From Verrucomicrobiia bacterium (GTDB lineage Bacteria > Verrucomicrobiota > Verrucomicrobiia > Limisphaerales > UBA1319), in contig OY760937.1 in NCBI GenBank assembly GCA_963664225.1, positions 352,001 to 416,000 on the forward strand: DNA of 64,000 nucleotides, read 5' to 3'. Positions 1 to 10,101 of this stretch are shown in pieces. Below the pieces are notes generated by a model, which did not search any database, was not told the DNA's origin, and saw only the letters and a list, made by a program, of their open reading frames with translations. The stretch's first letter is position 1, and each line of letters starts with the position of its first letter. The position numbers and the translations under genes were made by a program.

Positions 1-2
1 GC

Positions 3-71
3 GCCCTCGGTGACGAAGAGGCGTTGAGCCAGTTGCTGACCTTCGATGAGATATTGGAATTGATGTCGTAG
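3..71 (+). CDS. 3' end of a CDS entering the window (partial)
   Basis: Open frame ALGDEEALSQLLTFDEILELMS* ending TAG at 69-71, convergent on jag; too short to identify. Confidence 0.35.
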   Translation, partial: ALGDEEALSQLLTFDEILELMS

Positions 72-151
72 TGCCCAGGAGTTCCTGGGCGCCACAAATT
101 CAAATTGGATCAAGACGTTCCGCTACTTAACCGAGTCGAATCATCACCCGC

Positions 152-601
152 TTACCGCCGTGGGCGCAGGAGAATGGCCTTATTGGTGGTGCCTTCGACT
201 TCGATGCTGTGCGTTTCCACCGTGGGATCGTCCTTCAAGGCGTTGTGAACGATGAAGCGGTCAAAACCGTTCAAGGGTTCCAATTCCACGATATCGCCCC
301 AGCGCCGGACTTTCTCCGCAGCTTCCTTGGCTTTGGCGATGAGGGCGTCGCGCGCCTGGGAACGATAATTGGCGACATCGACCAACACCTTGGGCGCGGT
401 TTGGTCCTGCTGGAAGATCAGGCGGTTGGTCAGGTATTGGAGCGCGATGAGCGTCTGGCCCTTGCGGCCGATCAAGCGCCCGGCATCGTCGGTCTTGATC
501 TCCAGGAGGGGACCTTCCTCAAGCATGTGCTCCTCCACGGTGGCTTCGAAACCGAGGAGGTAGAGAAACTCTTCCAGGATTAATTTGGGATTAGCTGGCA
601 T
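152..601 (-). CDS. jag: Jag/KhpB RNA-binding protein (KH + R3H)
   Basis: GRLIGRKGQTL KH motif, R-x3-H motif (DRFIVH), canonical position after yidC. Confidence 0.9.
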   Translation of the reverse strand: MPANPKLILEEFLYLLGFEATVEEHMLEEGPLLEIKTDDAGRLIGRKGQTLIALQYLTNRLIFQQDQTAPKVLVDVANYRSQARDALIAKAKEAAEKVRRWGDIVELEPLNGFDRFIVHNALKDDPTVETHSIEVEGTTNKAILLRPRR

Positions 602-667
602 AAGCGATTTGGGGTTAAATCAAGAGCCATCCAGTTGATGCGATTGACACGATTGGCATTGAGCGTC

Positions 668-2473
668 TCATGGTTTGGATTTGCGCGATCCAAACGCTCC
701 GGGTGTGGGCGCGCGGTGCTTCCTGGGCGGTTCGATGGTGACGTCCTGGTTCTTGGTCAATTTCATCTGCGCGATCGTCAGCAAGTTTTGCACGGTCCAA
801 TAAAGAGACAGGCCCGCAGAGTAATTGTAGAGGAAGAGAATGAACATGAGGGGCATGTACTTCATGATCTTCTGCTGCATGGGATCCATGCTGGGGGACG
901 GCGGAGTCATCCGGGCCTGCCAGAGCATGGTCACACCCATGAACAGGGGCAGGGGATTGACCGGGAACGCGATGCCGGGAATCGTGAAAATGGTGTCGGC
1001 CACGGATAGATCCTTGACCCACAGGAAACTGGCGCCGCGCAATTCGATGGCGCTCTGGAGCATTTTATAAAATCCGAAGAATACGGGAATCTGGAGCAGC
1101 ATGGGGAAACAACCGCTGGCGGGGTTGACCTTGTTTTCCTTCATGAACTCCATCGTCTTCTGGTTCATCTTCTTGGGATCGTCCTTATACTTCTCCTTGA
1201 TCTCATTCATCTGCGGCTGCAAGGCGGCCATGCGTTTCATGGAGCGCGTGCTGGCGTTGGTCAGTGGCCAGAACAGGAGCTTGATCAAAACGGTGATGAC
1301 AATAATCGCCCAGCCGTAGCCCAGGTTGAGGGCATGCAGGCCGTTCATCGAGATGAGCAGCAACTTGGCGAAGAAACCAAAGAAACCGCTGTAATCCATG
1401 ATGAGGTCCAGGTCGTTCTTCATCGCCACGCCAATGCGCGCGAGCGAATTATACTCCTTGGGACCGGCGTAGATTGTGAACCGTTTCTCCAGCGCCTGGT
1501 TGGCCGGAAGAATCGTTTCTGGAAAGACCATGGACGCCTGATAGCCGTAGGGTTTGGCAACCAGCCGGCTGTTATCCGCCAATTCCGCCGAGGTGGGGGC
1601 CGGCAGGTCCACTTTGCGGGCCAGAACGCGCAATGCGGGCTCATTGGTGGAAATCAACGCAACGGTGAAAAACTGGTTATGCACCGCGGCCCACGCCATA
1701 TTGGTTCCCGACACATACTCGGTGCGCGGGGTTCCGGGCAGACAGCCGAGGGTGCGGTTTGCAAACCAGCCGTCCCCGATATATTCGGCCTTGGCGCCAT
1801 TGTAGGCGATGATTCCCAACATCATCGTGTTCTTGTCCATGTCGCCCAGAGGCGTCGCCGTGCCGACATTCCATTCGGTTGCGGGAATCGCCAGCGGCTT
1901 GCCGGTGTTGTTTTCGATGCGCGCCGTGGTTTCAATCAGGTAATTGGTGCTGAGGTGGTATTCCTTGATGAAGGTGACGCCATTGGTGAGGCGTTTTTCC
2001 GCGCGCACCCCGGTGGTGGTTTTTGCCAACGTGAACTGGCCATCGCCTTCGAGGCCGGCCGGGCTGAGCAAGGCGAAGACAGGCAACGACGCCTTGGTGT
2101 TCAGGGTGGCGAGATTGGTCGCCAGGACGGATTTTTTGCCCTGTCCCACCACTTCGGGATATTTCTTGAGATCGAATTCCTTGATGCCGCCGCTCAGGGA
2201 GGAGAAGGTGTAACGCACGTTCTCGGTTTCTAAGACCAGCAACTTTTCCGGCTGTTTCTCGAGAACACGCAGGCGATTGTCCGCGCGCAATTGCGTCACG
2301 GCGGAGGTCTCCGTCACATTGGACCGGGCCGAAAGATTGGTGCTGGAGGCGTAGGCTACGGCATTGGTTTTCAGCGGCAACGGCTGCGGCGGGAACATCT
2401 TTGGCAGCATGACGTTCCAAGCCAGGAAAATCAGGAAGCTGATGAACAGGATGAGATATGATTTGCGGTCCAT
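668..2473 (-). CDS. yidC: Membrane protein insertase YidC
   Basis: N-terminal TM, periplasmic domain, YAGPK, NPASGCFPMLLQIPVF and GLSLYWTVQN motifs; synteny. Confidence 0.97.
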   Translation of the reverse strand: MDRKSYLILFISFLIFLAWNVMLPKMFPPQPLPLKTNAVAYASSTNLSARSNVTETSAVTQLRADNRLRVLEKQPEKLLVLETENVRYTFSSLSGGIKEFDLKKYPEVVGQGKKSVLATNLATLNTKASLPVFALLSPAGLEGDGQFTLAKTTTGVRAEKRLTNGVTFIKEYHLSTNYLIETTARIENNTGKPLAIPATEWNVGTATPLGDMDKNTMMLGIIAYNGAKAEYIGDGWFANRTLGCLPGTPRTEYVSGTNMAWAAVHNQFFTVALISTNEPALRVLARKVDLPAPTSAELADNSRLVAKPYGYQASMVFPETILPANQALEKRFTIYAGPKEYNSLARIGVAMKNDLDLIMDYSGFFGFFAKLLLISMNGLHALNLGYGWAIIVITVLIKLLFWPLTNASTRSMKRMAALQPQMNEIKEKYKDDPKKMNQKTMEFMKENKVNPASGCFPMLLQIPVFFGFYKMLQSAIELRGASFLWVKDLSVADTIFTIPGIAFPVNPLPLFMGVTMLWQARMTPPSPSMDPMQQKIMKYMPLMFILFLYNYSAGLSLYWTVQNLLTIAQMKLTKNQDVTIEPPRKHRAPTPGAFGSRKSKP

Positions 2474-2482
2474 TCTGAGTTG

Positions 2483-2737
2483 TTAGAAATGATTTTTCAA
2501 AGGGGGCACTGGATCGAAACCCGATCCGCCCAGGGGATGACAGCGACAGATGCGCCTGCCTGTCAACCAAAGCCCACGTATAAAACCGTGGGTATGAAGA
2601 GCTTCAATGCCGTATTCCGAGCAGGAGGGAGAAAAGCGGCACTTCCCCATGGGTCCAAATAGGAGCGTTTTCATCGGCGAGAGCGCATACCGATAAAAGG
2701 CAATGGCCACGATGGCCAGTTTCGCAGGCAGGTTCAT
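2483..2737 (-). CDS. yidD: Membrane protein insertion efficiency factor YidD
   Basis: [10 protein letters not shown] and RICRCHP..GFDPVP motifs; synteny. Confidence 0.95.
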   Translation of the reverse strand: MNLPAKLAIVAIAFYRYALSPMKTLLFGPMGKCRFSPSCSEYGIEALHTHGFIRGLWLTGRRICRCHPLGGSGFDPVPPLKNHF

Positions 2738-3108
2738 AACTGGGGGCGCAAACCGGCCTGCCGCATAAACCGGAGATAATCCTGCTCCACGCTTTCGTAT
2801 GGTTTGTTCACCATGGATGCTCTGGGTATCAAGATGATCCGGGCCGGCTTGTTTAATTCATGCTGATGCTGCCTGAATACCTCCCTTAACAGGCGACGGG
2901 CACGGGCGCGCACCACCGCATTTCCCAATTTACGACTGGTGATGACTCCCAACTGCGAGCAGCCGTCGGACGGCAACACTTCCCAATTGACAATGATCGA
3001 ACCGGAGGACATGCGCCGCCCTTGCATTTTGAGCCGGGCAAAAACCCGCGTATCGTTCAACCGCATTTTGGCAGGGAACGTTAAACGGGCGCGGGAGGTG
3101 CCGGACAT
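2734..3108 (-). CDS. rnpA: Ribonuclease P protein component
   Basis: [24 protein letters not shown] motif; synteny. Confidence 0.93.
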   Translation of the reverse strand: MSGTSRARLTFPAKMRLNDTRVFARLKMQGRRMSSGSIIVNWEVLPSDGCSQLGVITSRKLGNAVVRARARRLLREVFRQHQHELNKPARIILIPRASMVNKPYESVEQDYLRFMRQAGLRPQL

Positions 3109-3125
3109 GGCTGCCTCCCAAGGAC

Positions 3126-3263
3126 TTATACCGGGGTGAGACGTTTGCGGCCCACCCGGCGGCGGTTGGCCAAAGTGGCCTTGCCGCTCTTGGTCGAATT
3201 ACGATTCAAAAAACCATGCTGCCGTTGGCGGCGAATTTTCGACGGTTGATATTGGCGTTTCAT
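3126..3263 (-). CDS. rpmH: 50S ribosomal protein L34 (45 aa, not in ORF track)
   Basis: Hand translation [45 protein letters not shown]; directly upstream of rnpA. Confidence 0.97.
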   Translation of the reverse strand: MKRQYQPSKIRRQRQHGFLNRNSTKSGKATLANRRRVGRKRLTPV

Positions 3264-3502
3264 GTATCTTTCTTCTAATAGCGTTCCACTACCTCAAACT
3301 AACGCGGGTTCCCATAATACCCCGCTTCGGGCAAAGCGCAAGAAACTATCAATGAAGGGCCAAGTGTCAAGCCAAGCAGCAAAAAAACTCCACTTTCGCA
3401 TCATTTAGACTGGTCGCTCCCTTTTTTTGAGGTTTTTTGGCGCCAGTGAATCCTGGGAAGCCCGCTTATGCGCTCTTCCGGCACTATGACGGAATGGGGA
3501 AG

Positions 3503-4318
3503 CTATGAATTCCCGATTTTCTTGAAAAACGCGTTCGCGGCGGTGTTGGTGGCCTGGGCCAGGTCGTCCATGGAGCAATCCTTGACTTGCGCCACGGCAC
3601 GGGCGGTTTCCATGACGTAGGCGGGTTCGCAGCGTTTTCCGCGGTAGGGAACGGGGGCGAGGAATGGACAGTCGGTCTCGAGCATGAAGCCGCCCAGCGG
3701 AATGGTTTTCAGAGTGTCCCGGACGTTCTGGCCATTCTTGAAAGTGACGATGCCTGTGAAACTGACGAGATGGCCGGCATCGAGAACGCGCCGGGCCATT
3801 TCCGGGGAATCAACAAAGCAGTGAAAGACCGCGCGCAGTTTTACCGCAAACGGCGCGATCATGGACATCGTATCCTCGAACGCCTCGCGTTGGTGAACGA
3901 CGCAGTTCAATCCAAATTCCGAGGCCACTTCCAACTGCTGCTGAAAGAGGGCGGCTTGCTTGAGCTTGATGGCGGCATCGTCGGCAGGGTTTCCGCCGGG
4001 TTGTTTGGAGGGCAGGCGCGAATAGTCCAATCCGGTCTCCCCAATGGCCACGCATTTGGGATGGGCGGCGAGTTGGCGTAAGGCCGGCCTCAGATCGTCC
4101 GGCGCTTCCGGGGCGTCGGAGGGGTGCCAGCCAATAACCGCGAAGACGTTGGAATACTGTTCGGTCAGGCGCAAGGCGCGTTCGCTGCTGGGCAGGCTGG
4201 TGCCGACACTGATGATGCGGGTGATGCCCGCAGTTCGCGCGCGCTCGATGATCTGCGGAAGATCGGGCGCGAAATCAGGATAATCCAAATGGGCGTGCGT
4301 ATCGCAAAATTCAGCCAT
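3503..4318 (-). CDS. tatD: TatD family hydrolase
   Basis: DTHAH, AIGETGLDY, VFHCF, LETDCPFLAPVP motifs. Confidence 0.93.
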   Translation of the reverse strand: MAEFCDTHAHLDYPDFAPDLPQIIERARTAGITRIISVGTSLPSSERALRLTEQYSNVFAVIGWHPSDAPEAPDDLRPALRQLAAHPKCVAIGETGLDYSRLPSKQPGGNPADDAAIKLKQAALFQQQLEVASEFGLNCVVHQREAFEDTMSMIAPFAVKLRAVFHCFVDSPEMARRVLDAGHLVSFTGIVTFKNGQNVRDTLKTIPLGGFMLETDCPFLAPVPYRGKRCEPAYVMETARAVAQVKDCSMDDLAQATNTAANAFFKKIGNS

Positions 4319-4362
4319 GCGCAGGAAAAATCGGGCGTTATCGGGGCCAATTCAAGGAAATA

Positions 4363-5901
4363 TTAGTTTGCCACCGCGTCCTTCGCCCAGACGTAGGTGC
4401 CCACAGCCCCGGCGTTCAGAGTGGAGGAAACGATTTTTCCGTGATCGCGGATGTCGAAGTCCTGCGGCGTTCGGCTGGTGTTCAGGACAATGAGAACCCT
4501 TTGCGAATTGGGTGTTGTGAAGGCCACATTGGGGAGATTCTCCAGATTGTTGGAGGCGATACGAACGGAACCGGGTCGCACGAATTTGGAGGCGTGGGCC
4601 ACGATGTAATAGGCCGGGTTGCGGGTGACTTTGTTGCCGTCGATGGTCACGGCGCCCAGGCAACGGTCGCAGCCGCCGCGGTCGGTGTGGGGATTCAGAT
4701 CGGGATCGGACGACAGGTTCCATTCCAGGACGGTGCGGCTCCAGTTGCGTGTGGCGCCGATGATCAGGTTCCTCACATGCGTCCGGATGTCCCTGTTCTT
4801 ATCGCCCGGCGCGCCCACCCATTGCTCGGTGAAGTAGATGTGTTTATCCGGATGGGCGTCGTGAACCTGGGAGAGCGCCTCGATTTTTCCGGCATAGAAA
4901 TGGAATGCGGAACCATCCACGAACTTTTTCGCGGCAGGATCGTTCAGGACGGTGATGGGATAATCGGGACGATCGGCGTTGTGATCGTAAATAATGATTT
5001 TTGTGTCGATTTTGGCGGCCTGGAATGCAGGGCCGAGGTGGTTTTTGATGAATTCGGCCTGTTGCGGGGCGAGCATCAGCAGGCTCGGATTATTGCCCGG
5101 ATGCAGCGGTTCGTTTTGAATGGTGATCGCGTCGATGCGGATGCCTTCGGCCTTCATGGCCTGGATATACTTCACGAAATATTTCGCATAGGCCGGCAGA
5201 CACTCCGATTTCAAGCTGCCGCCACGGGTGTCATTGGTGGTTTTCATCCAGGTGGGCGGTGACCAGGGCGAGGCCAGAATTTTGATCGTCGGCTGGATGG
5301 AGATGATTTTCTTCAGGACAGGGATCACATCGGCGCGGTCCGGACCCAGATCGAATTTCGCCATTTCGGGATCGGTCTGACCATCGGGCAAATCGTCATA
5401 GGAAAAGACGCGTTCGTTGAGATCGGAAGCGCCCAGACTGACCCTGAGATAAGCGCTGCCGAGGCCTTCGCTGCCGAACAATTCTTTCAACAATGCAGTC
5501 CGGCTGGCGGCGTCCATGCGAATGATGTGCTGGGCGCTGCCGCCGGTCAGGCACCAGCCGAAGCCTTCCATGGATTGGTAGGTCTGGGCGTCGTCAATGT
5601 CGATCGTGGGATGGGCATTTGTGGCGGTGGCAGAAGTGTTAAAGGGCAGGGGCTCGGTCTGTTTTTCAAAGAGAATGGCTTTGTCCGGGCTGGTGAGCCA
5701 TAAATTGACCTGGGCTTTGGCCGTGAAGTTGGTGGTGTTCCACAAAAATAGTCCCAGCACGCAAGCCATGACGGATGGGCCAATCCGGCGATTTGTTTTC
5801 ATGTCCTTGATCAAAACCCAACGACGAAAATATGCGAGTGAAATCGGGGTTGAGAGAAACAATGGGGGGCAGATCCGGGGAAGAGCGAATGCCAGGGGCA
5901 C
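4363..5901 (-). CDS. Glycoside hydrolase family 30 (glucosylceramidase-like), secreted; true start probably ~5802 or later
   Basis: ASPWSPPTWMK, ITIQNEP (acid/base), YFTEQW (nucleophile) motifs. Confidence 0.88.
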   Translation of the reverse strand: MPLAFALPRICPPLFLSTPISLAYFRRWVLIKDMKTNRRIGPSVMACVLGLFLWNTTNFTAKAQVNLWLTSPDKAILFEKQTEPLPFNTSATATNAHPTIDIDDAQTYQSMEGFGWCLTGGSAQHIIRMDAASRTALLKELFGSEGLGSAYLRVSLGASDLNERVFSYDDLPDGQTDPEMAKFDLGPDRADVIPVLKKIISIQPTIKILASPWSPPTWMKTTNDTRGGSLKSECLPAYAKYFVKYIQAMKAEGIRIDAITIQNEPLHPGNNPSLLMLAPQQAEFIKNHLGPAFQAAKIDTKIIIYDHNADRPDYPITVLNDPAAKKFVDGSAFHFYAGKIEALSQVHDAHPDKHIYFTEQWVGAPGDKNRDIRTHVRNLIIGATRNWSRTVLEWNLSSDPDLNPHTDRGGCDRCLGAVTIDGNKVTRNPAYYIVAHASKFVRPGSVRIASNNLENLPNVAFTTPNSQRVLIVLNTSRTPQDFDIRDHGKIVSSTLNAGAVGTYVWAKDAVAN

Positions 5902-5925
5902 AGGCTATTGTCTGAAGCCCCCTTG

Positions 5926-6276
5926 TTAGGCTGCCGGTGTCTCATGACAATAACCTATGCGTTTCATCAACTCCTCGCCGCGCGCAAGGTCAACAACATT
6001 GGGACCTTTCTTAAGCATGGAAGAAATCAACTCGGTCCAATAACTACTGTCGGAGATGCGCAACTGATCGCCACCGTGAACCCATCCCGTGCGGGCAAGC
6101 TCGGCAAACGTATCCGCCAAACCAAGCCGTGATAGCTGCGGCCGCAATGTCTGGGGCATGCCATCAGCAGTGCAATAGAGCCGCAAGCAAAACTGCTCTG
6201 CGTCGGGATAACTCATGCCTTCCGGCAACCGCTGCATAAAATATGACGCCACATTTTGCATAACGCTAGGCAGCAA
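5926..6276 (-). CDS. Hypothetical protein, cassette-like
   Basis: 116-aa ORF whose stop lies within GCCTAAC (RYYYAAC). Confidence 0.55.
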   Translation of the reverse strand: MLPSVMQNVASYFMQRLPEGMSYPDAEQFCLRLYCTADGMPQTLRPQLSRLGLADTFAELARTGWVHGGDQLRISDSSYWTELISSMLKKGPNVVDLARGEELMKRIGYCHETPAA

Positions 6277-6374
6277 CTAATGTGCAAAAATGAGCCACCG
6301 CCGACTCGCGACATGAAGTGCGATAGCGGAACGGCCTGTGCCCACGTTCGCACGCAGGAACGCTCTGGTTAAAC
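6258..6374. other. Degenerate attC-like site
   Basis: GCATAAC ... TGAGCCACCGCCG ... GTTAAAC between two small co-oriented ORFs; 13-mer shared with the next spacer. Confidence 0.45.
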
Positions 6375-6384
6375 CATGACTTTC

Positions 6385-6654
6385 TCATGCTTTCGGAGCT
6401 TTTGTAAGCCATATCACAACCACACCCAGCATTGCTAAACCAATCGCAACTAACAAGGCGTGCAAACGAAAATCTTGGGAGGCGGATTCTGCTACACTCA
6501 TCAATACATCTCGCGGCACTTGCGCTTCACGATACTCAGAGCCCAGCTTCAAGAATCCCCACATTGCGCGAGAACCAATCACAACCAGTGCGGCAGCGAA
6601 ATAAGCGAGGCATAGCCATAGAGCCGCAAGTTGGTATCTGCTAATATGTCTCAT
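6385..6654 (-). CDS. Small hypothetical membrane protein (2 TM), cassette-like
   Basis: Two hydrophobic helices; start shortly after GTTAAAT (GTTRRRY) on the minus strand. Confidence 0.55.
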   Translation of the reverse strand: MRHISRYQLAALWLCLAYFAAALVVIGSRAMWGFLKLGSEYREAQVPRDVLMSVAESASQDFRLHALLVAIGLAMLGVVVIWLTKAPKA

Positions 6655-6667
6655 GGTGTGAGAAGTG

Positions 6668-6779
6668 ATTTAACAAAAAAACTGAGCCACCGCCGCAGCG
6701 AGGACGCCGATTGCGAAACCAAACTGCGACAGCCTTCCAAGGTCTGCTGCAGCGAAAACAGTTCGGAATTTCTAGGTTC
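6668..6779. other. Degenerate attC-like site
   Basis: ATTTAAC (6668-6674), TGAGCCACCGCCG (6683-6695), GTTCGG near 6761. Confidence 0.45.
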
Positions 6780-7257
6780 ACATTCTTGTCGTCGAAAAGT
6801 AAATCGCTGAAGCTGATGGCGAAAGTGCAACGAAACCGCCCGAACGGCCAGTGAGAGTCTTTGGCGAGTAGAATTCACAGCCTTCGAATGCCGTGGCCGT
6901 CGGCCACCAAGATGGAGGGACAACCGGACTGGTGAAGGTCGGAGACGGTGCTGGAACGATCGCAGGCGACAAGGCCATGCGCCACTTGGAGAGATCGGCG
7001 GAGGGAATAATGATAACTCCGGATAACCACACATCCGAGGGGCCAGGAACCCTGCCACCGCTATTATCTTGGACGTCCTCGACCATATGAGCATCGAGGA
7101 GCGGCCCGGGAAGCTGGCAATATTTCGCGAGAATGGAAGAGGCGCGGGTAACGCGTTCCTGCTGTGTGCCCGTAATCTCGCTTCGCGAAAGTGACGGGAA
7201 AGATGGACTGCACGCCACGAATGCGAAACACAGCAGACATGTTAACGTAATTTTCAC
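6778..7257 (-). CDS. Hypothetical lipoprotein, cassette-like
   Basis: Lipobox-like FVAC after a hydrophobic stretch. Confidence 0.6.
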   Translation of the reverse strand: MKITLTCLLCFAFVACSPSFPSLSRSEITGTQQERVTRASSILAKYCQLPGPLLDAHMVEDVQDNSGGRVPGPSDVWLSGVIIIPSADLSKWRMALSPAIVPAPSPTFTSPVVPPSWWPTATAFEGCEFYSPKTLTGRSGGFVALSPSASAIYFSTTRM

Positions 7258-7268
7258 GAGACGCTATG

Positions 7269-7319
7269 AACCGCCGAGCTGTTAATAACCGCTGAGCTGT
7301 TAATAACCGCTGAGCAGTT
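7269..7319. repeat. 18-bp tandem repeat, ~2.8 copies (AACCGYYGAGCTGTTAAT)
   Basis: Units at 7269, 7287 and 7305 (partial). Confidence 0.85.
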
Positions 7320-7487
7320 CTTCATCGCGAGCCACCCGGCAACTTTGAGCGTGATGTCGTTGAACGTCATTATTTGATGAGTAATTATTTCGGTCACGAA
7401 CCGGCCCTTTTCTCCCCAACGAATTTCAGGGTGGGCTGCCATGGAATATGCGTCAAGCGGTTTGTGAAGATGACTCTTCACCCGCGC

Positions 7488-8603
7488 TCAGGGGAGGCGG
7501 CTGGTCAGCCAGAAACCGGCGCCGCCAAAGAGCATGTTCGGGAACCAGGCGGCGAGCACGGGCGGGAGGTAGCCGCCGGTGCCCAGGGCCAGGCCCAGCT
7601 TGAGCAGGACAAAGTAGGCGAAGCAGATGAAGATGCTGCTGGCCACGCCCACGAAGACGTTGCGGCGGCCGGGAGCGGCCCCGAAGGGTAGGGCGATGAG
7701 GACTACGACGAGGCAGGTCCAGGGTTCGGCGAGGCGTCCCTGCAACTGGGTGTTGAGCTTGGCCGATTCCGCCGGGGGCAGGTGGCGGTGCAGGCGCAGG
7801 TAGTTGCGGATTTCGCGGATGGAGAGCTGGGCTTTCTTGGCGGCGCGAATATTCGAGAGGCCGCTGATTTTGATCTCGCTGCGGATCAGTTCGGGCGTTT
7901 CGCCAAATTCGGCCATTACCAGACGATTGGTGTCAATGCGGGTGCCGGGTTGTCCGGGTGCGTAGATGACTTCCACCACGTTGTGAAACACCCAGCCTTC
8001 AGAGGTATATTCGGCGCGCGCGGCGAGAAAGTTTTTTCGAGTGCCATCCGGCAAACGCCATTCGACCTGGGGCTGAACCATTTCAGCGGTCTCGGTGTTG
8101 TAAGCGGCGATGTTCCAGATGCGGTTTTCAAAGTCGTTCTTAAAATTCAGGTTGCGCTGCCATTGGCGTTCGAGGGTTCCGGGGGCGACGGGTTCGCGGC
8201 GGTGCAGGATGCGTTCGGCGTTGTCGCTGCTGTCGGGAGCCTGGAATTCGTTGAGATAAAAGACGCCCAGGCAGAATAGAAAACCGACGGCCAGATAGGG
8301 CATGGCGGTGCGCCAGAGGCTGACCCCGGCGGCGCGAATGGCAATCAATTCATGATGGCGGGCGTGGTTCGTCAGGGCATAGAGGAGGGCGAGCAGGAAG
8401 GCGATGGGCACGATCAGCACCAGCAATTCAGGCATTTTGACCAGGTAATAGGAGGCGATGTCCCCGGCGGTCATCTGGTGGCGCTGGAAGGTTTCGAGTT
8501 CGGTGATGAGGTCGAAGGAAACCCAGAAAACGAGAAAGCCACTCAGGCAATAACCGAGCGGCAATAACAGTTCGCGCAACAGGTAACGATCCAGAAGTCG
8601 CAT
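7488..8603 (-). CDS. LptF/LptG family LPS export permease
   Basis: MRLLDRYLLRE start, HHELIAIRAAGVS motif, C-terminal AAWFPN; start trimmed from 8672. Confidence 0.9.
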   Translation of the reverse strand: MRLLDRYLLRELLLPLGYCLSGFLVFWVSFDLITELETFQRHQMTAGDIASYYLVKMPELLVLIVPIAFLLALLYALTNHARHHELIAIRAAGVSLWRTAMPYLAVGFLFCLGVFYLNEFQAPDSSDNAERILHRREPVAPGTLERQWQRNLNFKNDFENRIWNIAAYNTETAEMVQPQVEWRLPDGTRKNFLAARAEYTSEGWVFHNVVEVIYAPGQPGTRIDTNRLVMAEFGETPELIRSEIKISGLSNIRAAKKAQLSIREIRNYLRLHRHLPPAESAKLNTQLQGRLAEPWTCLVVVLIALPFGAAPGRRNVFVGVASSIFICFAYFVLLKLGLALGTGGYLPPVLAAWFPNMLFGGAGFWLTSRLP

Positions 8604-8701
8604 TCGACGCGAAGAGTATCCCCGGACGGGGTTCAAGGCAAGAAGGGTCGCGCCTGTTTTTGAGGTTGGCAAATCTGGAGAAGCTGGGTTACTGTCGCGC
8701 C

Positions 8702-10036
8702 ATGAGCCCCAAATTCCAATTCAGCCGAAGGTCATTTTTAAAGCAGATTGGCGTGGCAACTCTGGCCGCTCCATTCTTCACCCATAATCTCATTTCAGCA
8801 CCGCCCAGTTCGCTGCTGCAGCATGCCAGCTTTGGCGCGACGGGCATGGCGGAGCAGGATATCGGGGCGCTCACGAGCCATCCATCGCTGCGATTGATCG
8901 CGGTGGCGGAGGTCGATACCGAGCGGGCGGTGGCGGTGAAGAAAAAGTTTCCGGATGTCAAAGTCTATCAGGATTGGCGGCGGATGCTCGATGAAGAGAA
9001 GGGGATCGATTCGGTGAACGTGTCCACGCCGGACCACATGCATGCCGCGATGGGGATGTCCGCCATGCAACTGGGCCACCATCTTTACGGCCAGAAACCG
9101 CTCACGCATGATCTGTTCGAGACGCGCCGGCTGACGGAATTCGCCCGCGAAAAGAAGCTGGTCACCCAGATGGGCATTCAAATTCACGCGCTGGCCGAAT
9201 ACCGGCAGGCGGTGCGTTTGATCCAGGATCTGGCCATCGGCAAGGTCAAGGAAGTCCATACCTGGAGTAATAAGAAGTGGGGCGATCCTGATCCCATTCC
9301 TCAGCGTGTGGACCCGGTGCCGGCCAATTTCAATTGGGACCTCTGGCTGGGGGTTTGCGCGTCGCGTCCTTTCATTGGGGACGGCTATTATCATCCCTCC
9401 AACTGGCGCAAACGTCTGGATTTCGGCACGGGCACCTTTGGCGACATGGGCTGCCATATTTACGATCCCGTGTTTGAAGCGCTGGGAGTAACCGCTCCGA
9501 TATCGGTGCGTTCGGAGGGCCCACCGCCCTCGCCAACGAATTGGGGCATCAACTCGGTGATCCTCTATGTTTTCCCCGGCACCAGCGTTTCCGCTGAGAA
9601 GACCATTCGTGTGACCTGGTATGACGGGGATTCCCTGCCGCCACGGGAAGTGCAGGCCTTGATCGGCGCGGAGAAGCTTCCTGAGCAGGGGTCGATTTTC
9701 GTTGGGACCAAAGGCGCGATGCTCCTGCCGCATATCGGAGCGCCCCGGTTGTTTCCAGAGGCCGATTTCGACAGCTATACAATGCCCAAGATTGGCAGCA
9801 ATAATCATTGGGGACAATTTGTGGATGCGTGTCTGGGCAAGGGGAAAACGCTCGCTGGATTTGATTATTCCGGCCCGCTTACGGAGGCGGTGCTGCTCGG
9901 AAGTGTCGCGTGCCGGTTTCCGCAAACCACGTTGGAATGGAACGCCGCGGAGCTGAAGTTCTCGAATGTGCCCGAAGCGAACAAATTCGTCCGGCGCCAA
10001 TACCGCAAGGGTTGGGAAGTCAAAGGCCTGGAATAA
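8702..10036 (+). CDS. Gfo/Idh/MocA oxidoreductase with Tat signal
   Basis: SRRSFLK Tat motif, VSTPDHMH, YGQKPL, GDMGCH. Confidence 0.9.
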   Translation: MSPKFQFSRRSFLKQIGVATLAAPFFTHNLISAPPSSLLQHASFGATGMAEQDIGALTSHPSLRLIAVAEVDTERAVAVKKKFPDVKVYQDWRRMLDEEKGIDSVNVSTPDHMHAAMGMSAMQLGHHLYGQKPLTHDLFETRRLTEFAREKKLVTQMGIQIHALAEYRQAVRLIQDLAIGKVKEVHTWSNKKWGDPDPIPQRVDPVPANFNWDLWLGVCASRPFIGDGYYHPSNWRKRLDFGTGTFGDMGCHIYDPVFEALGVTAPISVRSEGPPPSPTNWGINSVILYVFPGTSVSAEKTIRVTWYDGDSLPPREVQALIGAEKLPEQGSIFVGTKGAMLLPHIGAPRLFPEADFDSYTMPKIGSNNHWGQFVDACLGKGKTLAGFDYSGPLTEAVLLGSVACRFPQTTLEWNAAELKFSNVPEANKFVRRQYRKGWEVKGLE

Positions 10037-10101
10037 ATCGCTCCAATAGTCGGCCGAAAGCGATTTCCTTCCTGCGACGTCCGGAGTAGGTTGCGCCGGT
10101 C

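Noticed and set aside
3264..3502. oriC next to rpmH
   Set aside because: No DnaA boxes seen and no dnaA
7269..7319. CRISPR array
   Set aside because: Contiguous tandem units without spacers; no cas genes in the window
8795..10000. Long antisense ORFs (this one, and e.g. 1334-2233, 54964-55884)
   Set aside because: Shadow frames of well-supported GC-rich genes
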